This document shows, in pieces, positions 1-8,719 of a stretch of 64,000 bases of DNA. Source of the stretch: Bacteroidales bacterium (GTDB lineage: Bacteria; Bacteroidota; Bacteroidia; Bacteroidales; UBA932); NCBI GenBank assembly GCA_012515395.1, contig JAAYYL010000176.1, forward strand, positions 3,914 to 67,913, in the 5' to 3' direction. Numbering within the stretch: position 1 is the stretch's first letter; each line of letters opens with the position of its first letter. Below the pieces are notes generated by a model. It saw nothing but the letters and a program-made list of their open reading frames with translations. It was not told the origin of the DNA and did no database searches. The position numbers and the translations under genes were made by a program.

Positions 1-829
1 GTCCTTCATAAAAAAGGCGTTCCGCCGGTTCTTTGTCCGCAAGGCCGGAAGATTCGTGGGAAGCTGTATTATAATAGGTGCCGTATGTGTTGAAATAATA
101 GGAAATCAGACTGTCACCGCCTGCCGACTTGTAATTCAGGTAAATCATGGCCTCGGCAATATTCATATAATTGATGCGGCCTCCCCGGTTTGATGCGTCG
201 TATTTTTCCGTGGTAAAATACAATCCTTTGTACTTTGCCGTGAATGCTTCCGTACTGTCTCGTTCTATGGAATCAGCCTGAAGCAGTTCGTAAGCGAAAG
301 ATTCCGTAAAGTCTATCCGGAGAGTGTCGCGTCCCAGGTAAATAAGACCGGGTTTGCTGACGGGGATGGGGTCTATGTATTCTTCAGAAAAGGAATCCGG
401 GTAAATTTCAAGGTGGTTCAGATCTTTTATCAGCCGGTATACGTATACATTCTGGGGCATGTAACGGTCAGCTTCGTTAAAGACCGTAAAACCGCTCATG
501 GGTATATTGACAAACATATTGTCCACTTCCGGATCTTCCCCGTATTCTTCTTTATACGCATAAGGGGCAAACTGGATCAGTCCCGAAGATGTGGTATTCC
601 CAAAAACCGGCGAGTTGACGGACCCGAATTCAAGGTAAGAAGGAGCCGCCATATTCATACTGTCAGCTACCGTAGTAAACATTGGAGCTTCAAAATCCCG
701 GGTCTGAATGTAGATGAACTGGTTGGACGGGATGAACCCCGAGCCCATACGGTTATCCACCGGGACACAGGAAGTTAACATGAGAAGGAAAATGGCAGGT
801 AGAAAAAAACTGCGGGCCCTGATTGTCAT
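1..829 (-). CDS. DUF4270-like lipoprotein (runs off the window start; partial)
   Basis: Not in the ORF track. My translation from ATG 829 gives MTIRARSFFLPAIFLLMLTSC-VPVDNRMGSGFIP (lipobox LTSC) and later FGSVNSPVFG. ATGA overlap with the glycogen-synthase-like gene, the usual Bacteroidota pairing. Only the first ~75 codons were translated. Confidence 0.7.
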   Translation of the reverse strand, partial: MTIRARSFFLPAIFLLMLTSCVPVDNRMGSGFIPSNQFIYIQTRDFEAPMFTTVADSMNMAAPSYLEFGSVNSPVFGNTTSSGLIQFAPYAYKEEYGEDPEVDNMFVNIPMSGFTVFNEADRYMPQNVYVYRLIKDLNHLEIYPDSFSEEYIDPIPVSKPGLIYLGRDTLRIDFTESFAYELLQADSIERDSTEAFTAKYKGLYFTTEKYDASNRGGRINYMNIAEAMIYLNYKSAGGDSLISYYFNTYGTYYNTASHESSGLADKEPAERLFYEG

Positions 830-1653
830 TTGGTTTCTAAAATTTTTTCGTAAAAACGGTTGTAATCCGTAATATATGTGCTTTCAGGGTCTTGCGGGTC
901 TATGAACGGGAGAACGGGGAGATTCAGGCTTTTTGCAAATTCGGGAAGCGCAGGGTCAACATTCGGGTTGGCCAATATAACGCCGTCTGAATACTGTATG
1001 GCCGTTTTGGCCAGATTCACGGCGCCGGGTTCCGCCAGAAATTCCACGTCCTTGGTTTTCATGCCGCCTGTAAGAACCTTGGAACGCATATTCTCGTTAA
1101 AAGTTTCCGTGGTCAGGTCATTGTATAAGGACAGGACCACTTTGGCGTGTGTGAAGAGCGGGTCGTTGCGGTACGCTTTTTTGAGGTACAGGGGCAACAG
1201 GTGGCTGAGCCATCCGTGACAATGTACTATGGTAGGCTTCCAACGCAGTTTCTTCACGGTTTCCAACACTCCCCGAGCAAAAAATATGCCCCGTTCATCG
1301 TTGTCGGCAAAAAACCTTTCGTTTTCGTCTCTGTATATGAATTTTCTCTGGAAATAATCTTCATTGTCAATAAAATAGACCTGCATCCGGGCAGCAGATA
1401 TGGACGCCACCTTTATTATAAGCGGCCGATCAATATCTTTAATGATGATGTTCATTCCGGACAAGCGGATGACTTCATGAAGCTGGTTGCGACGTTCGTT
1501 TATACACCCGTATTTGGGCATAAACGAGCGAATTTCGCCGCCGGATTCCTGGATGGCCTGTGGCAGATGCCTTCCTATGTAAGACATATCCGACTGTGGC
1601 AGAAACGGGAATATCTCCGAACTTACATACAGAATCTTTTTGGCTTTGGACAT
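826..1653 (-). CDS. Glycogen/starch synthase N-terminal-domain protein (Glyco_transf_5)
   Basis: KILYVSSEIFPFLP, MPKYGCINERRNQLHEVIRLSGMN, VYFIDNEDYF, HCHGW; start taken at MSKAKK. Confidence 0.85.
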   Translation of the reverse strand: MSKAKKILYVSSEIFPFLPQSDMSYIGRHLPQAIQESGGEIRSFMPKYGCINERRNQLHEVIRLSGMNIIIKDIDRPLIIKVASISAARMQVYFIDNEDYFQRKFIYRDENERFFADNDERGIFFARGVLETVKKLRWKPTIVHCHGWLSHLLPLYLKKAYRNDPLFTHAKVVLSLYNDLTTETFNENMRSKVLTGGMKTKDVEFLAEPGAVNLAKTAIQYSDGVILANPNVDPALPEFAKSLNLPVLPFIDPQDPESTYITDYNRFYEKILETK

Positions 1654-1678
1654 AAGGCTTTTACCCAGTTTAAACACA

Positions 1679-1716
1679 CAAAGATAGCAAAAATTCTTAT
1701 ACTTTCATTATCTTTG
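1679..1716. promoter_or_regulatory. Back-to-back Bacteroidota -7 promoter elements (glycogen synthase-like / ftsX)
   Basis: TATCTTTG on minus at 1686-1679 and on plus at 1709-1716. Confidence 0.7.
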
Positions 1717-1728
1717 ATTTTCGAAATT

Positions 1729-2619
1729 ATGGCGCAGCAAGAGAAAAATATTATCAACCGGCAACTTGTTCAATCCTATTTGTCATCGGTCATTAGCATC
1801 GCGCTGGTGCTGTTTTTGATGGGAATTGCCGGTCTGCTGGCTGTCAATGCCAGGACTGTATCCGATTATTTCAAGGAACACATTGGCGTTTCCGTGATTT
1901 TGTCCAAAGAAATGAAAGATGCGGATTCAACCCTGATAATCAAACAGATGTTGGCTCAGGAGTATGTGCGTGATGCCGTGCGGGAAGCTTCTTTTGTTTC
2001 GCGGGAACAAGGTGCGCGGGAAATGGCCGAATTACTCGGTTCGGGGTTTCTTGATATTTTTGAATACAATCCGCTGCCCGCATCCATTGAATTAAGGCTG
2101 AACGCACCCTATGTACAGAATGACAGTATTGCTCTTTTGGAATCGCATCTGGCAAAATTCAGGCAAATTGAAGAAGTGTCCTATCAAGCCCCGCTAATAT
2201 CTTTGATAAACAAAAATCTGAGAAACATAGGAATGGTGCTGGGGGTCATCATTTTGATCCTTTTAATTATCTCTTTTGCTTTGATACACAACACCATAAG
2301 ACTTTCTGTATATGCCCGGAGGTTTACTATCTACACGATGAGACTGGTAGGTGCTACCAAACGGTTTATCCGTAAACCTTTTATGATACAGGCTTTTATA
2401 CAGGGATTAATTGCTTCGCTGATAGCCATTCTTTTGCTTATTGGACTCCTGTATTTTTTGCAACGGGAATTTCCGGGCATTCTGATGCTCGTTTCACCGC
2501 ATATGTTCCTTGTAGTAGCCGGAGCCATTCTGGTTACCGGGATACTGCTATGCCGGATATCCACTTTTTTTGTCGTTAACCGTGTCGTGAAGCTGAAAGC
2601 TTCCGCTTTTTATTATTGA
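1729..2619 (+). CDS. ftsX: Cell division permease-like protein FtsX
   Basis: SSVISIALVLFLMG, NPLPASIEL, LIHNTIRLSVYARRFTIYTMRLVGAT, FIRKPF. Likely start is MAQQEK at 1729; the ORF-track extension from 1147 is antisense to the neighbouring gene. Confidence 0.9.
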   Translation: MAQQEKNIINRQLVQSYLSSVISIALVLFLMGIAGLLAVNARTVSDYFKEHIGVSVILSKEMKDADSTLIIKQMLAQEYVRDAVREASFVSREQGAREMAELLGSGFLDIFEYNPLPASIELRLNAPYVQNDSIALLESHLAKFRQIEEVSYQAPLISLINKNLRNIGMVLGVIILILLIISFALIHNTIRLSVYARRFTIYTMRLVGATKRFIRKPFMIQAFIQGLIASLIAILLLIGLLYFLQREFPGILMLVSPHMFLVVAGAILVTGILLCRISTFFVVNRVVKLKASAFYY

Positions 2620-2626
2620 TGTGTAC

Positions 2627-2902
2627 ATGAAAAAAATCAACGGAAATAAAAAAGAACAAGAAGCTGCTTTAGCCATGCCTCTGAAAAATGTGTACCTGTT
2701 GTTGATCGGCCTGGCCGTTATTGCCCTGGGCTTTCTATTACTGGCCGGGGGCGGGTCCGATGATCCGCAGGTGTTCCGTCAGGAAGCCATGTTCAGTTTT
2801 CGCCGGATGGTCATTGCCCCCCTGCTTATATGCGGTGGCTTTGTCTTTGAGATCATAGCCATTATGAAAGTAAGCAAACGCAAGGAAGATGAACGGGTTT
2901 GA
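2627..2902 (+). CDS. DUF3098 family small membrane protein
   Basis: Two hydrophobic segments, GF.LL.GGGS.DP.VF...FSFRR..IAP; usual position between ftsX and uppP. Confidence 0.85.
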   Translation: MKKINGNKKEQEAALAMPLKNVYLLLIGLAVIALGFLLLAGGGSDDPQVFRQEAMFSFRRMVIAPLLICGGFVFEIIAIMKVSKRKEDERV

Positions 2903-3695
2903 AGCTTTGGTCCTGGGGCTTGTTCAGGGCTTTACCGAGTTTCTTCCGGTAAGCAGCAGCGGGCACCTGGTTATTGTCAAGCATCTTTTTGGGATAGAAA
3001 CGACGGACGCTTCTTTCGAGATCATAGTTCATGCTGCAACGGTTCTGAGCACGGTGGTCGTATTTTGGAAACCTTTGTGGGAAATGGTCCGCGACACGCT
3101 CAGTTTCAGAAAGACCGAGTCTACGGGCATGGCGCTCCGGATTCTTTTGTCCACATTGCCTGTCCTTGTGGTGGGATTGTTTTTTAAAGACAAAATTGAA
3201 GCTCTCTTTACCGGGGGGCTTTCCATTGTAGGATGGATGTTGTTGCTTACTGCAGCCTTTTTGCTTCTGTCACAGTGGCTTTCAGGTATCAGGCAAAAAC
3301 AGGGCAATACCCATCCCATTGGTTACCGGGATGCTTTTTTAATGGGTATAGCGCAGGCGTTTGCAGTACTTCCCGGTTTGTCCCGTTCGGGAGCTACCAT
3401 AGCCACGGGATTATCTTTGGGAGGACACAAAGACAAAGTGGCTCCATTTTCCTTTATGATGGTGTTGATCCCTGTATTGGGAGAAGCATTCCTGGAAATC
3501 GTTTCCGGAGGATTTGCCCCGGCTGTAACAGGACTTTCTTTCCATGCCATGGCCATAGGCTTTTTGGCTGCTTTTACGGCGGGACTGCTGGCTTGTAAAT
3601 TAATGATAGCCATTGTCCGTAAAGTAAGATTTACCTGGTTTGCCGTTTATTGTCTGCTGGTCGGACTGGCCTGTTTGTTAGTACCGTTGTTATGA
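2889..3695 (+). CDS. uppP: Undecaprenyl-diphosphate phosphatase (BacA)
   Basis: GLVQGFTEFLPVSSSGHL and PGLSRSGATI motifs. Confidence 0.95.
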   Translation: MNGFEALVLGLVQGFTEFLPVSSSGHLVIVKHLFGIETTDASFEIIVHAATVLSTVVVFWKPLWEMVRDTLSFRKTESTGMALRILLSTLPVLVVGLFFKDKIEALFTGGLSIVGWMLLLTAAFLLLSQWLSGIRQKQGNTHPIGYRDAFLMGIAQAFAVLPGLSRSGATIATGLSLGGHKDKVAPFSFMMVLIPVLGEAFLEIVSGGFAPAVTGLSFHAMAIGFLAAFTAGLLACKLMIAIVRKVRFTWFAVYCLLVGLACLLVPLL

Positions 3696-4465
3696 AAAAA
3701 TATGTTTTTACAGCCGATGTGCACCTGGGATTGAAAAAAGGAGATCCCGCCCAAAGGGAACGGCGTTTTGTTCAGTTTCTGGAAAATCTGGATGATAATA
3801 CAGCCGGGTTGTTTCTGCTGGGAGACATTTTTGATTTCTGGTATGATTACAAATACGTGATTCCAAGGGGTTATACACGTACACTGGGTGCGTTGGCCCG
3901 TGTCAGGGACCGGGGAATTCCCATACATTTTTTTGTAGGGAATCACGATCTCTGGACATTCGGGTACATGGAAGAAGAACTGGGCATTGAGGTACATCGG
4001 GGGGAGTTGTATATAGAATTGGAAGGTAAGAATTTTCTTTTGGGACATGGGCACCGCATGGGCCGTTATCCTTTAAAGACCAGGTTTCTGCACGGGATGT
4101 TCCACAACCGTTTTTTACAGATTCTCTTTAGCGGACTTCATCCCAGATGGGCCTACGCTCTTGGGCTCAAATGGTCTGCTCATAACAGGAACAATCATAA
4201 ACCGCGTTACAAATTTTGTTGTGAAGAAGCTCCGATATACAAATACGCATCTGAATACGAACGCCCTGTAGATTACTGCATAGCCGGACATTTGCATACG
4301 TCTGCCCGTTGCCGTTTGCCGGCAGGCGGTGAGCTGATCATTCTGGAGGATTGGCTGTCAGTTGACCCTGCGGGTCCCGTAAGGGGAGATGTTGGTGTCT
4401 TTGGGCGGTCCGAAAAGGGAGAAATAGAGGTAATAAAAGCGCCCGTCGTGGTACATGCGGACTAA
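3692..4465 (+). CDS. lpxH: UDP-2,3-diacylglucosamine diphosphatase (LpxH-like metallophosphoesterase)
   Basis: ADVHLG, LLGDIFDFW, GNHDLW, GHLH, EDW; ATGA overlap with uppP. Confidence 0.8.
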   Translation: MKKYVFTADVHLGLKKGDPAQRERRFVQFLENLDDNTAGLFLLGDIFDFWYDYKYVIPRGYTRTLGALARVRDRGIPIHFFVGNHDLWTFGYMEEELGIEVHRGELYIELEGKNFLLGHGHRMGRYPLKTRFLHGMFHNRFLQILFSGLHPRWAYALGLKWSAHNRNNHKPRYKFCCEEAPIYKYASEYERPVDYCIAGHLHTSARCRLPAGGELIILEDWLSVDPAGPVRGDVGVFGRSEKGEIEVIKAPVVVHAD

Positions 4466-5035
4466 TTCTTCCAGAATTTTGTCTTCCCCGTATTTGTCGT
4501 ACGGTTTTTTCATATCGGCCCCGAAAATCCGGGCTACGCCCTGCCAGAAAGCCGCGGTAAGACCTCCTCGATAACTTTTGACCACCGCAAAGGACGTCTG
4601 GCCGATCTCCCGGTCAATCAGGCGCAGGAGCATTCGCCCCTGGGAGAAGGTGAGTTTCTTCAAAGGGGCCTCAAACTCGGCAAAAAGATCTTTTTCCGTT
4701 TGTGCCAGGAAGCGTTCCCGTTCCATGGCCGAGAAGTTGCTGGCCGCCATAATGCTGTCCGCCGTGTCCATCCGCGCACGGGCCTGAAGGGCGTAAGGAT
4801 AAGCCCTGGCAAAATTGTGAACGGTACGGTAAAATTCACGCCAGTTTTTGTCGTTTTTCTTAATGTCCCGGTTGTATACGTAAACCGGCGGCAGTGATTC
4901 CACAAAGAGGGTGTCTCCGTTTTCTATGATAAAACCCATAAGATGACCGCGGCGCAAAGAGTCGTTTTGTGCCGGAAGGATGAGCGGGGTCAGGATACAA
5001 AGACCCCAGAGAAAAAGGGTGAACGTTGTTCTCAT
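4358..5035 (-). CDS. DUF4294 family secreted protein
   Basis: Signal peptide, GDTL...LPPVYV, YPYA, LKKLTFSQGRMLLRLIDREIG, AFWQGVARIFGADMK. Confidence 0.85.
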   Translation of the reverse strand: MRTTFTLFLWGLCILTPLILPAQNDSLRRGHLMGFIIENGDTLFVESLPPVYVYNRDIKKNDKNWREFYRTVHNFARAYPYALQARARMDTADSIMAASNFSAMERERFLAQTEKDLFAEFEAPLKKLTFSQGRMLLRLIDREIGQTSFAVVKSYRGGLTAAFWQGVARIFGADMKKPYDKYGEDKILEELVRMYHDGRFYYLYFSLFGPPKDTNISPYGTRRVN

Positions 5036-5445
5036 TCAATTTTCATGGAGAAGCAAAAAACGTTCCTGTTTTTTTCCCTTTTGTAAGATAGTTCGTGAGT
5101 GAGGTTTTTGACCAGATGAATACCCAGGCCCCCGATGGGTCTTTCTTCGGCCGGTAGCGTAGTGTCTGCCTGGTCTTGTTCCAGGGGATTGAAAGGGATG
5201 CCCCCGTCATCCAGTGTACCTGTGAATTTCTTGTCCGTCAGGCTCATTTCAACACGGATTTTGTCCGGCGGATCTTCGGGGCGGTATCCGTAAGATACAA
5301 TATTGCTGAACATTTCGTCAAAGACCAGTTTGATCTTGTATTGCACGGGAACGGGGACCCTGCCGGATTCAAGAAATTCTTCGGCGGTATCCAGCAAACG
5401 GGACAGCTCAGACAATTTATTATCCAGTTCCAAAGTGCGTTTCAT
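5032..5445 (-). CDS. RsbW/SpoIIAB-like anti-sigma factor Ser/Thr kinase (HATPase_c_2)
   Basis: DEMFSNIVSYGY (N box), DDGGIPFNPL, RPIGGLGIHLVK. Confidence 0.9.
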   Translation of the reverse strand: MKRTLELDNKLSELSRLLDTAEEFLESGRVPVPVQYKIKLVFDEMFSNIVSYGYRPEDPPDKIRVEMSLTDKKFTGTLDDGGIPFNPLEQDQADTTLPAEERPIGGLGIHLVKNLTHELSYKREKNRNVFCFSMKIE

Positions 5446-5456
5446 AACGACTACTG

Positions 5457-6638
5457 TTAAGTTCTTTTAACAACAAGGACGGTGATGTCATCACTTTGCT
5501 CTTCGTCTCCGGCAAAACGGGCGACATCACCGGTTATGGTGCGACAGGTAATTTCTGAAGTATCTGCAGCCGACATGACGTCGGGATCTTTGAGGACTTT
5601 TTCCCGCAGCAGTTCCTGCAGTGTGTCGAATCCGTATTCTTCCTGTGCGGAATTGAAGGCTTCCGTTACCCCGTCCGTATAAAGAACCAGGACATCACCC
5701 TCCCGGAACGGGATACTGTGAGCGGTAAAGCCAAACCCGTCGATAATTCCCAGAACAATATTGCAAGTCATTGGAAAGACTTCCATAGTACCGTCCTTTC
5801 TCAACAAGACGGGGGGATTGTGTCCTGCGTTTACAAAATGCAGGGTGTCGTTTTCTTTGTCCATCATCCCGTAAAAAACGGTCACGAACATTGAATTCAC
5901 GCTTTCCGTACATAGCAGGTGATTGACGTAATTCATACATTCGGAAGGGGACATGCCTTTCAATCCGGTAGCCCGGATCAGGGTGCGGCTTACGGCCATA
6001 AAGATGGCGGCAGGGATTCCCTTCCCCGAAACGTCGCCGATCACAAAGCCCATCCGGTGATCGTCCATCAGGAAATAATCGTAGAAATCGCCTCCGATTT
6101 GTTTGGCAGCGTCCATGGATCCGTAAATGTCTGCCCAACCCAGGTCAGGGATCCTTTTGGGAAGGATGGCGCGTTGGATCTCGCGGGCCACCAGAAGGTC
6201 GTGTTCTATGGACAGCAGTTTGTCGTGGTAAGCCAGGCCTTCCCGGACGACGTTCAACTCGGCAATGGTTTTTTCCAGAGTTACTTCCAGGTCGTTGAAA
6301 TCTACCGGTTTGGTGACAAAGTCAAATGCTCCGCGATTCATCGCCGTGCGGATATTTTCCATGTCCCCGTAAGCCGAACAAATGACCGTTTTGAGCAACG
6401 GGTTTTTCAGTTCCCTGACTTTGCTCAACAGCGTAAGGCCGTCCATTTCCGGCATATTGATGTCGCTCAGAATGATGGCTATGTCGGGCACTTCAATAAG
6501 TTTTGCCAATGCTTCCAGTCCGTTGAAGGCGAAATGGAATTCGTACTGACCGTTGCGTATTTGCCTGCGGAATTTTTGATTGATCACAAATTGAAGATCG
6601 GTTTCGTCGTCAACTACCAGTATCTTTTCTGATGCCAT
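5457..6638 (-). CDS. Response regulator with receiver plus SpoIIE/PP2C phosphatase domain (RsbU/RsbY-like)
   Basis: Receiver: KILVVDDE, LSDINMPEMDG, FDFVTKP. PP2C: IGGDFYD, IGDVSGKG, NAGHNPP, LYTDGVTEA, SDDIT. Confidence 0.92.
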   Translation of the reverse strand: MASEKILVVDDETDLQFVINQKFRRQIRNGQYEFHFAFNGLEALAKLIEVPDIAIILSDINMPEMDGLTLLSKVRELKNPLLKTVICSAYGDMENIRTAMNRGAFDFVTKPVDFNDLEVTLEKTIAELNVVREGLAYHDKLLSIEHDLLVAREIQRAILPKRIPDLGWADIYGSMDAAKQIGGDFYDYFLMDDHRMGFVIGDVSGKGIPAAIFMAVSRTLIRATGLKGMSPSECMNYVNHLLCTESVNSMFVTVFYGMMDKENDTLHFVNAGHNPPVLLRKDGTMEVFPMTCNIVLGIIDGFGFTAHSIPFREGDVLVLYTDGVTEAFNSAQEEYGFDTLQELLREKVLKDPDVMSAADTSEITCRTITGDVARFAGDEEQSDDITVLVVKRT

Positions 6639-6640
6639 GT

Positions 6641-8719
6641 TTATTGTTGTTGTTTTATGGGTATGGTTACTATAAATTCTGCGTATTGTCCCGGCTCCGA
6701 TTCCACGCGGATTTGCCCGTTGTGAACTTTCACAACAATGTCGTAGCTCAGCGAGAGGCCCAGCCCGGTGCCTTTGCCGGCCGGCTTTGTGGTAAAGAAA
6801 GGATCGAATATTTTTTTGATGTTTTCCTGCGAAATGCCTTTCCCGTTATCCCGGATCCGTACTTCCAGCATACCTTCGTACTGGCTGCTGCTGACACGGA
6901 GCGTGGGAACCCAGCCCGAGGGTTTGGACGGGGCCGAGTCTTTTACCGAGTAGCAGGCGTTGTTGATCAGGTTCAGAAATACCCGGCTCAAATCTTGCGG
7001 AACGACGCTGATCTGGGGCAGGTCTTTGTCAAAATCTTCTTCAATGGTAATGTTGAATGAATTGTCCTGTGCCCTCATTCCGTGGTATCCCAGGGCAATA
7101 TCTTCCGACAACATGTTATTTATGTCGGTCAGCTGGAATTCCCCGCTTTTTCCCCTGGAGTGCAATAACATTCCCTTTACTATGCTGTCGGCGCGTTTGC
7201 CGTGTTCCAGAATCTTGGAGGCATTCATGGAAAGATCTCCCAGGATCTCATTTACGTAAGATCGGTCGTCTTCTTTCATTTCTACGGGTTCCAAGGCTTC
7301 ATTCAGCTCTTTGGTCAGGTCTATGGACAGTTCGGAAAAATTATTGATGAAATTCAGGGGGTTCTTGATCTCGTGGGCTACGCCTGCGGTCAATTGTCCC
7401 AGTGAAGCCATTTTTTCCGACTGTACAAGTTGTTCCTGGGTTTCCACCAACTGGGCCGTGCGTTCTACAACCCGGTCTTCGAGTGTCTGGTGCGCCTCTT
7501 CAATTTCCTGCATCATGACAGAGAAGGACTGGGCCAGTTCTCCGATCTCATCTTTGGATGCCAGTTCAGGGACCTCGGTGGTATAATCACCTGTTTCCGC
7601 AACACTCTTGGCGTAGCGGGTCAGTTTGACTATGGGCAGGGTCAGTACACGCGCCACAATAAACACAAATCCGAAAAGCACGAAAAGCGAAAACAAACCC
7701 ACGATGGCCAGAATGGTGTTCAGGCTATGCAACTCGGCAAGGGCTTCCTTTCGGGGATAGATCAAGGCCAGGGACCAGTCGTTGGCACGGATGGGCGCAT
7801 ATGCAAACCAGGCTTTTTCATCCCGGTTGGGAAACATAAAGGAATCCATGAACAACCCGCTTTCCCCGTCCAGCATTTTGCGGTATACGCCAAATTGTTG
7901 CTCTTTGATCAATTCGGCTTCTTCCGGTTCCAGCTCCCGGTTGGTGGCCAGCCAGTCTTCCATGGCAGAGAATACGGTTTCGTTCATTCTCTGCTGTTCA
8001 TTGCGATGGTATACAAACCGTCCTCCGTTTGTGATCAAAAAACCGTACCCGGATTCGTAAACGTCCAGGTTTTCCATCAGGCTGTTGATCCACTGGAGGG
8101 ATATGTCTACGGTCGTAACTCCTGCTATGACACGTTTTCCGTCCTTTTGGGTATAGAACGGAACGGAATAGGTGATCATCAGCACGTTGTCGTGGCCGGC
8201 GGATGTTTCGTAATAGGGATCGGACCAATACGGTTCTTGCAATTGCATGGGGATCATGTACCAGTCTTCCATGAAATAATTGTCCTGTCCGTCAAAAAGC
8301 AAGGTGGATGAGATGCTGTCTTCTTTTCTGAACGCATAGGGGGCCATGTGGGGAAGGTTTGCATACATGCCCGGTTCAAAGGCAATGGCTGCCCCGAATA
8401 CATCGGGATTTTCGCGCAACAGGGATTCCAGCATCCGGCCCAGATCCAATTTGGTCCAGTCTGTGCACTGATTCAACTGGGAAGCCATTACGGTGGGAAT
8501 ACGCTGGGTTGCGGCAAATATCTCGTTAATCCTTCCGGCATATTCTTCTGTCTGGTGCTGGGCCTTTTCCAGTATCACCGCTGTCATATGTTTTTTAGAG
8601 GAACTGTAATTGAGTCCCAGGATTATAACCAGAATAATGGCTGTACCGGCAAATACATACCGGGCTATGGTGTAGGAAATACTTTTCCTTCTTTTATAAG
8701 GGAACGATGAATTTTTCAT
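6641..8719 (-). CDS. Membrane sensor histidine kinase with dCache and HAMP domains
   Basis: Two TM helices around a Cache-like region (DWY..P...PYWSDPYY...GVTTVDI), HAMP (DEIGELAQSF), H box AHEIKNPL, NLINNA, DNGKGI, FDPFFTTK, GTGLGLS; start at MKNSS. Confidence 0.92.
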   Translation of the reverse strand: MKNSSFPYKRRKSISYTIARYVFAGTAIILVIILGLNYSSSKKHMTAVILEKAQHQTEEYAGRINEIFAATQRIPTVMASQLNQCTDWTKLDLGRMLESLLRENPDVFGAAIAFEPGMYANLPHMAPYAFRKEDSISSTLLFDGQDNYFMEDWYMIPMQLQEPYWSDPYYETSAGHDNVLMITYSVPFYTQKDGKRVIAGVTTVDISLQWINSLMENLDVYESGYGFLITNGGRFVYHRNEQQRMNETVFSAMEDWLATNRELEPEEAELIKEQQFGVYRKMLDGESGLFMDSFMFPNRDEKAWFAYAPIRANDWSLALIYPRKEALAELHSLNTILAIVGLFSLFVLFGFVFIVARVLTLPIVKLTRYAKSVAETGDYTTEVPELASKDEIGELAQSFSVMMQEIEEAHQTLEDRVVERTAQLVETQEQLVQSEKMASLGQLTAGVAHEIKNPLNFINNFSELSIDLTKELNEALEPVEMKEDDRSYVNEILGDLSMNASKILEHGKRADSIVKGMLLHSRGKSGEFQLTDINNMLSEDIALGYHGMRAQDNSFNITIEEDFDKDLPQISVVPQDLSRVFLNLINNACYSVKDSAPSKPSGWVPTLRVSSSQYEGMLEVRIRDNGKGISQENIKKIFDPFFTTKPAGKGTGLGLSLSYDIVVKVHNGQIRVESEPGQYAEFIVTIPIKQQQ

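Noticed and set aside
1147..1728. 194-aa N-terminal extension of the FtsX ORF in the track
   Set aside because: Antisense to the glycogen-synthase-like gene; a -7 box lies just before ATG 1729, which gives a normal-length FtsX
826..2619. Half-length glycogen synthase and ftsX without ftsE as pseudogenes or oddities
   Set aside because: Both arrangements are usual in Bacteroidota, and the ORFs are intact
5919..8311. Long plus-strand ORFs (5919-6632, 7430-8311) opposite the signalling genes
   Set aside because: Shadow ORFs of well-supported minus-strand genes, with no recognisable motifs. The same applies to 27834-28577, 35128-35769, 36858-37463 and 57319-57975.
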